Below, piece by piece: positions 62,274 through 64,000 of a stretch of DNA of 64,000 nucleotides. A model generated the notes under the pieces. It was not told the DNA's origin and did no database searches. It saw only the letters and a list, made by a program, of their open reading frames with translations. The number at the start of each line of letters is the position of its first letter. The stretch's first letter is position 1. The stretch comes from Candidatus Latescibacterota bacterium (GTDB taxonomy: Bacteria; Latescibacterota; UBA2968; SICM01), in contig CBDCJO010000002.1 of assembly GCA_965217865.1 (NCBI GenBank), positions 3,584,001 to 3,648,000 on the forward strand, given 5' to 3'. A program made the translations under genes and the position numbers.

Positions 62274-62498
62274 TTAGATTGGATTTTCAGCCTCCACAGG
62301 AGCAGGATTTCCGTTCGAATCGCTTTCCATCTTGCCGTGAATGAATCCCTTCACCCCGGAGGTGGCCTGGCTGATACCCTTCTGTATTTGCCGTCGGCTG
62401 TCGGTGGCCAGAAGGACAGCGAGCAAGCCCCCTGCCAGGGCGCCGGCGAACAATCCCGCCCAGAAGAAATCCCTGTGTACCTCTTTCTTCAAGAACAT
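62274..62498 (-). CDS. YtxH-like small membrane protein
   Basis: RBS AAGGAGG; FFWAGLFAGALAGGLLAVLLA then a charged helix. Confidence 0.65.
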   Translation of the reverse strand: MFLKKEVHRDFFWAGLFAGALAGGLLAVLLATDSRRQIQKGISQATSGVKGFIHGKMESDSNGNPAPVEAENPI

Positions 62499-62953
62499 GT
62501 CGGTTACCTCCTTTTTTCTAATGTTTTTCATGACGGGTATGATACGGGAGAAAAATCCAGATCCCCTTCCCGGTCCGGGGAGGTCCTCCATCGCCGCTTC
62601 GGCGACGTGGTCATCTTGATGTCCCCCCGGTTTTCGGAGCTGCGGGAATGCCAGCATCGTCTTATACAACCTTTATTTCGACAAGAGTGAATGGCGTGTC
62701 TCGACCTTCATGCAACAGGGTTGTTTGTTAAATGATAGAACATTATCTCCACTATGGATGTGATGATTATCACTAAAAAGCAGGTTAATTGGTGACTAGC
62801 TGGCCTTTTTGTAAGGGCGAACCGGCGGCTCGCCTACATCTACATCATCTGACCCGGGAGGCCGGAGCCCACCCCCACAATATATTAGACGATTGGGGAA
62901 GAATTCGGTTGCGGATTGCGTATTAAATCAACCCTCGCGGTGGTCGCAAAGGC

Positions 62954-63462
62954 TTACTGAGCCCGAGATGCGACCGCATCTTCCTCCCCCAGGTCTCTAT
63001 CCATGAGGAAGAGCGCGTTTCCATCATCACCGACGAGTTTTAGTTTATGGACGATTTTCCTTGTGATCGCCTCCTCCTCCACCTGCTCGATGACGAACCA
63101 CTGCATGGAAGCGTTTGTGGCGTGGTCGTGTTCTTAACGGCCAGATCGACCAACTTGTTGATCTGGGCGGTTACTTCTTTCTCGTGTTCGTAGGCATTTT
63201 CGAATGCGGCAAGGGGGCTTTCCCACTTCATGGGAGGGGCTTCTATGGACCGGAGCTCGATTTTACCGTCCCTTTCGTTGATGAAATCGTAAATCCTCAT
63301 TGCGTGTTCCAGCTCTTCTCGGGCCTGGATGCGCATCCAGTGCGCAAAACCGTTCAGGTCCCGTGTCTGGAAATAAGCGGACATTCCTAGGTAGAGAAAG
63401 GCCGCGTAGAACTCGGCATTGAGCTGGTCGTTCAAAGCTGGCTGAACTTTATCGCTGACCAT
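62954..63462 (-). CDS. ftnA: Non-heme ferritin; frameshift near 63135
   Basis: LNDQLNAEFYAAFLYL, EELEHAMR, HEKEVT; other frame HDHAT..QWFVIEQVEEE...LFLMDRDL. Confidence 0.88.
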
Positions 63463-63518
63463 GAGAATCTTCCTTATTATTGCTGTATGTGGCCTTTCTC
63501 CGAAATGAAAAGCAAGGT

Positions 63519-63737
63519 CTAGGAGTCTGGAAAGCGTTTGAGGATAAGTCGGGTCTCGATCTGGCGTTGGCCATAGCGCTCGATCTGACGCCGGATATCC
63601 GCAAGGGCGGTTCTTCTGATCCCCAAGTCTTTGAGCTGAACGGCCTGTTGGATGGGGCGGCTGTTTTGCCAGATGGAAAGGCCGCCAGCCAACAGAATCG
63701 CCACTCCTCCCACGATAATCACTTTGTTGAATTTCAT
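63519..63737 (-). CDS. Hypothetical exported protein (possibly a fragment)
   Basis: 72 aa with N-terminal signal/TM segment. Confidence 0.4.
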   Translation of the reverse strand: MKFNKVIIVGGVAILLAGGLSIWQNSRPIQQAVQLKDLGIRRTALADIRRQIERYGQRQIETRLILKRFPDS

Positions 63738-63934
63738 TTCTGACGAAATGGGTCCTCAGGGGCTGGCTCCTATCTTTTGCGGGGGAGAGGGTGGGTAGGA
63801 GTCAGCCCCTGCCAAAGAAATGCTCAAAATTACCAAAAGAGGGACCAAACATCGGTGATCAACGAGCGAGACAATCGGAACCTGAGCGCTTATCCGACGG
63901 CGAGAAATTTATTTTGCTTTATTCCGGTTGAGGG

Positions 63935-64000
63935 TCATACAAGGCGACTCTCTCGAAGCGCCTCCACCGCCATTTTTCGCTCAGTGATGTCCTGGATGGT
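63935..64000 (-). CDS. C-terminal end of a PAS-domain protein (partial)
   Basis: TIQDITERKMAVEALRESRLV*. Confidence 0.6.
   Translation of the reverse strand, partial: TIQDITERKMAVEALRESRLV

Overview
A 64-kb stretch of bacterial chromosome, mostly + strand genes and GC-rich with AT-richer intergenic patches. Gene content suggests a Latescibacterota/Poribacteria-like lineage (inference): five PhyH dioxygenases, three Gfo/Idh/MocA and two SDR oxidoreductases, and four secreted proteins ending in an EF-hand/dockerin-like tail. No rRNA, tRNA or CRISPR array was found. Many genes carry single-base frameshifts or small deletions, which may be long-read assembly errors. The most notable items are: (1) an archaeal-type three-gene cassette (inactive RadA-like, small helical protein, PolB2 polymerase) whose promoter has a perfect GAAC-N4-GTTC LexA-type box between -35 and -10; (2) a dispersed composite repeat with inverted heptamer arms around a conserved core, with perfect (GAATCAC)n arms of 6, 19 and 28 copies; (3) a promoter-driven, ~153-nt structured ncRNA candidate between an IS1595 element and a cytidylate-kinase-like/PD-(D/E)XK fusion gene upstream of hpt; (4) a circularly permuted DUF3179 and a shared C-terminal display module; (5) a YceI protein with a tail of eight Asn-Pro-Cys repeats.
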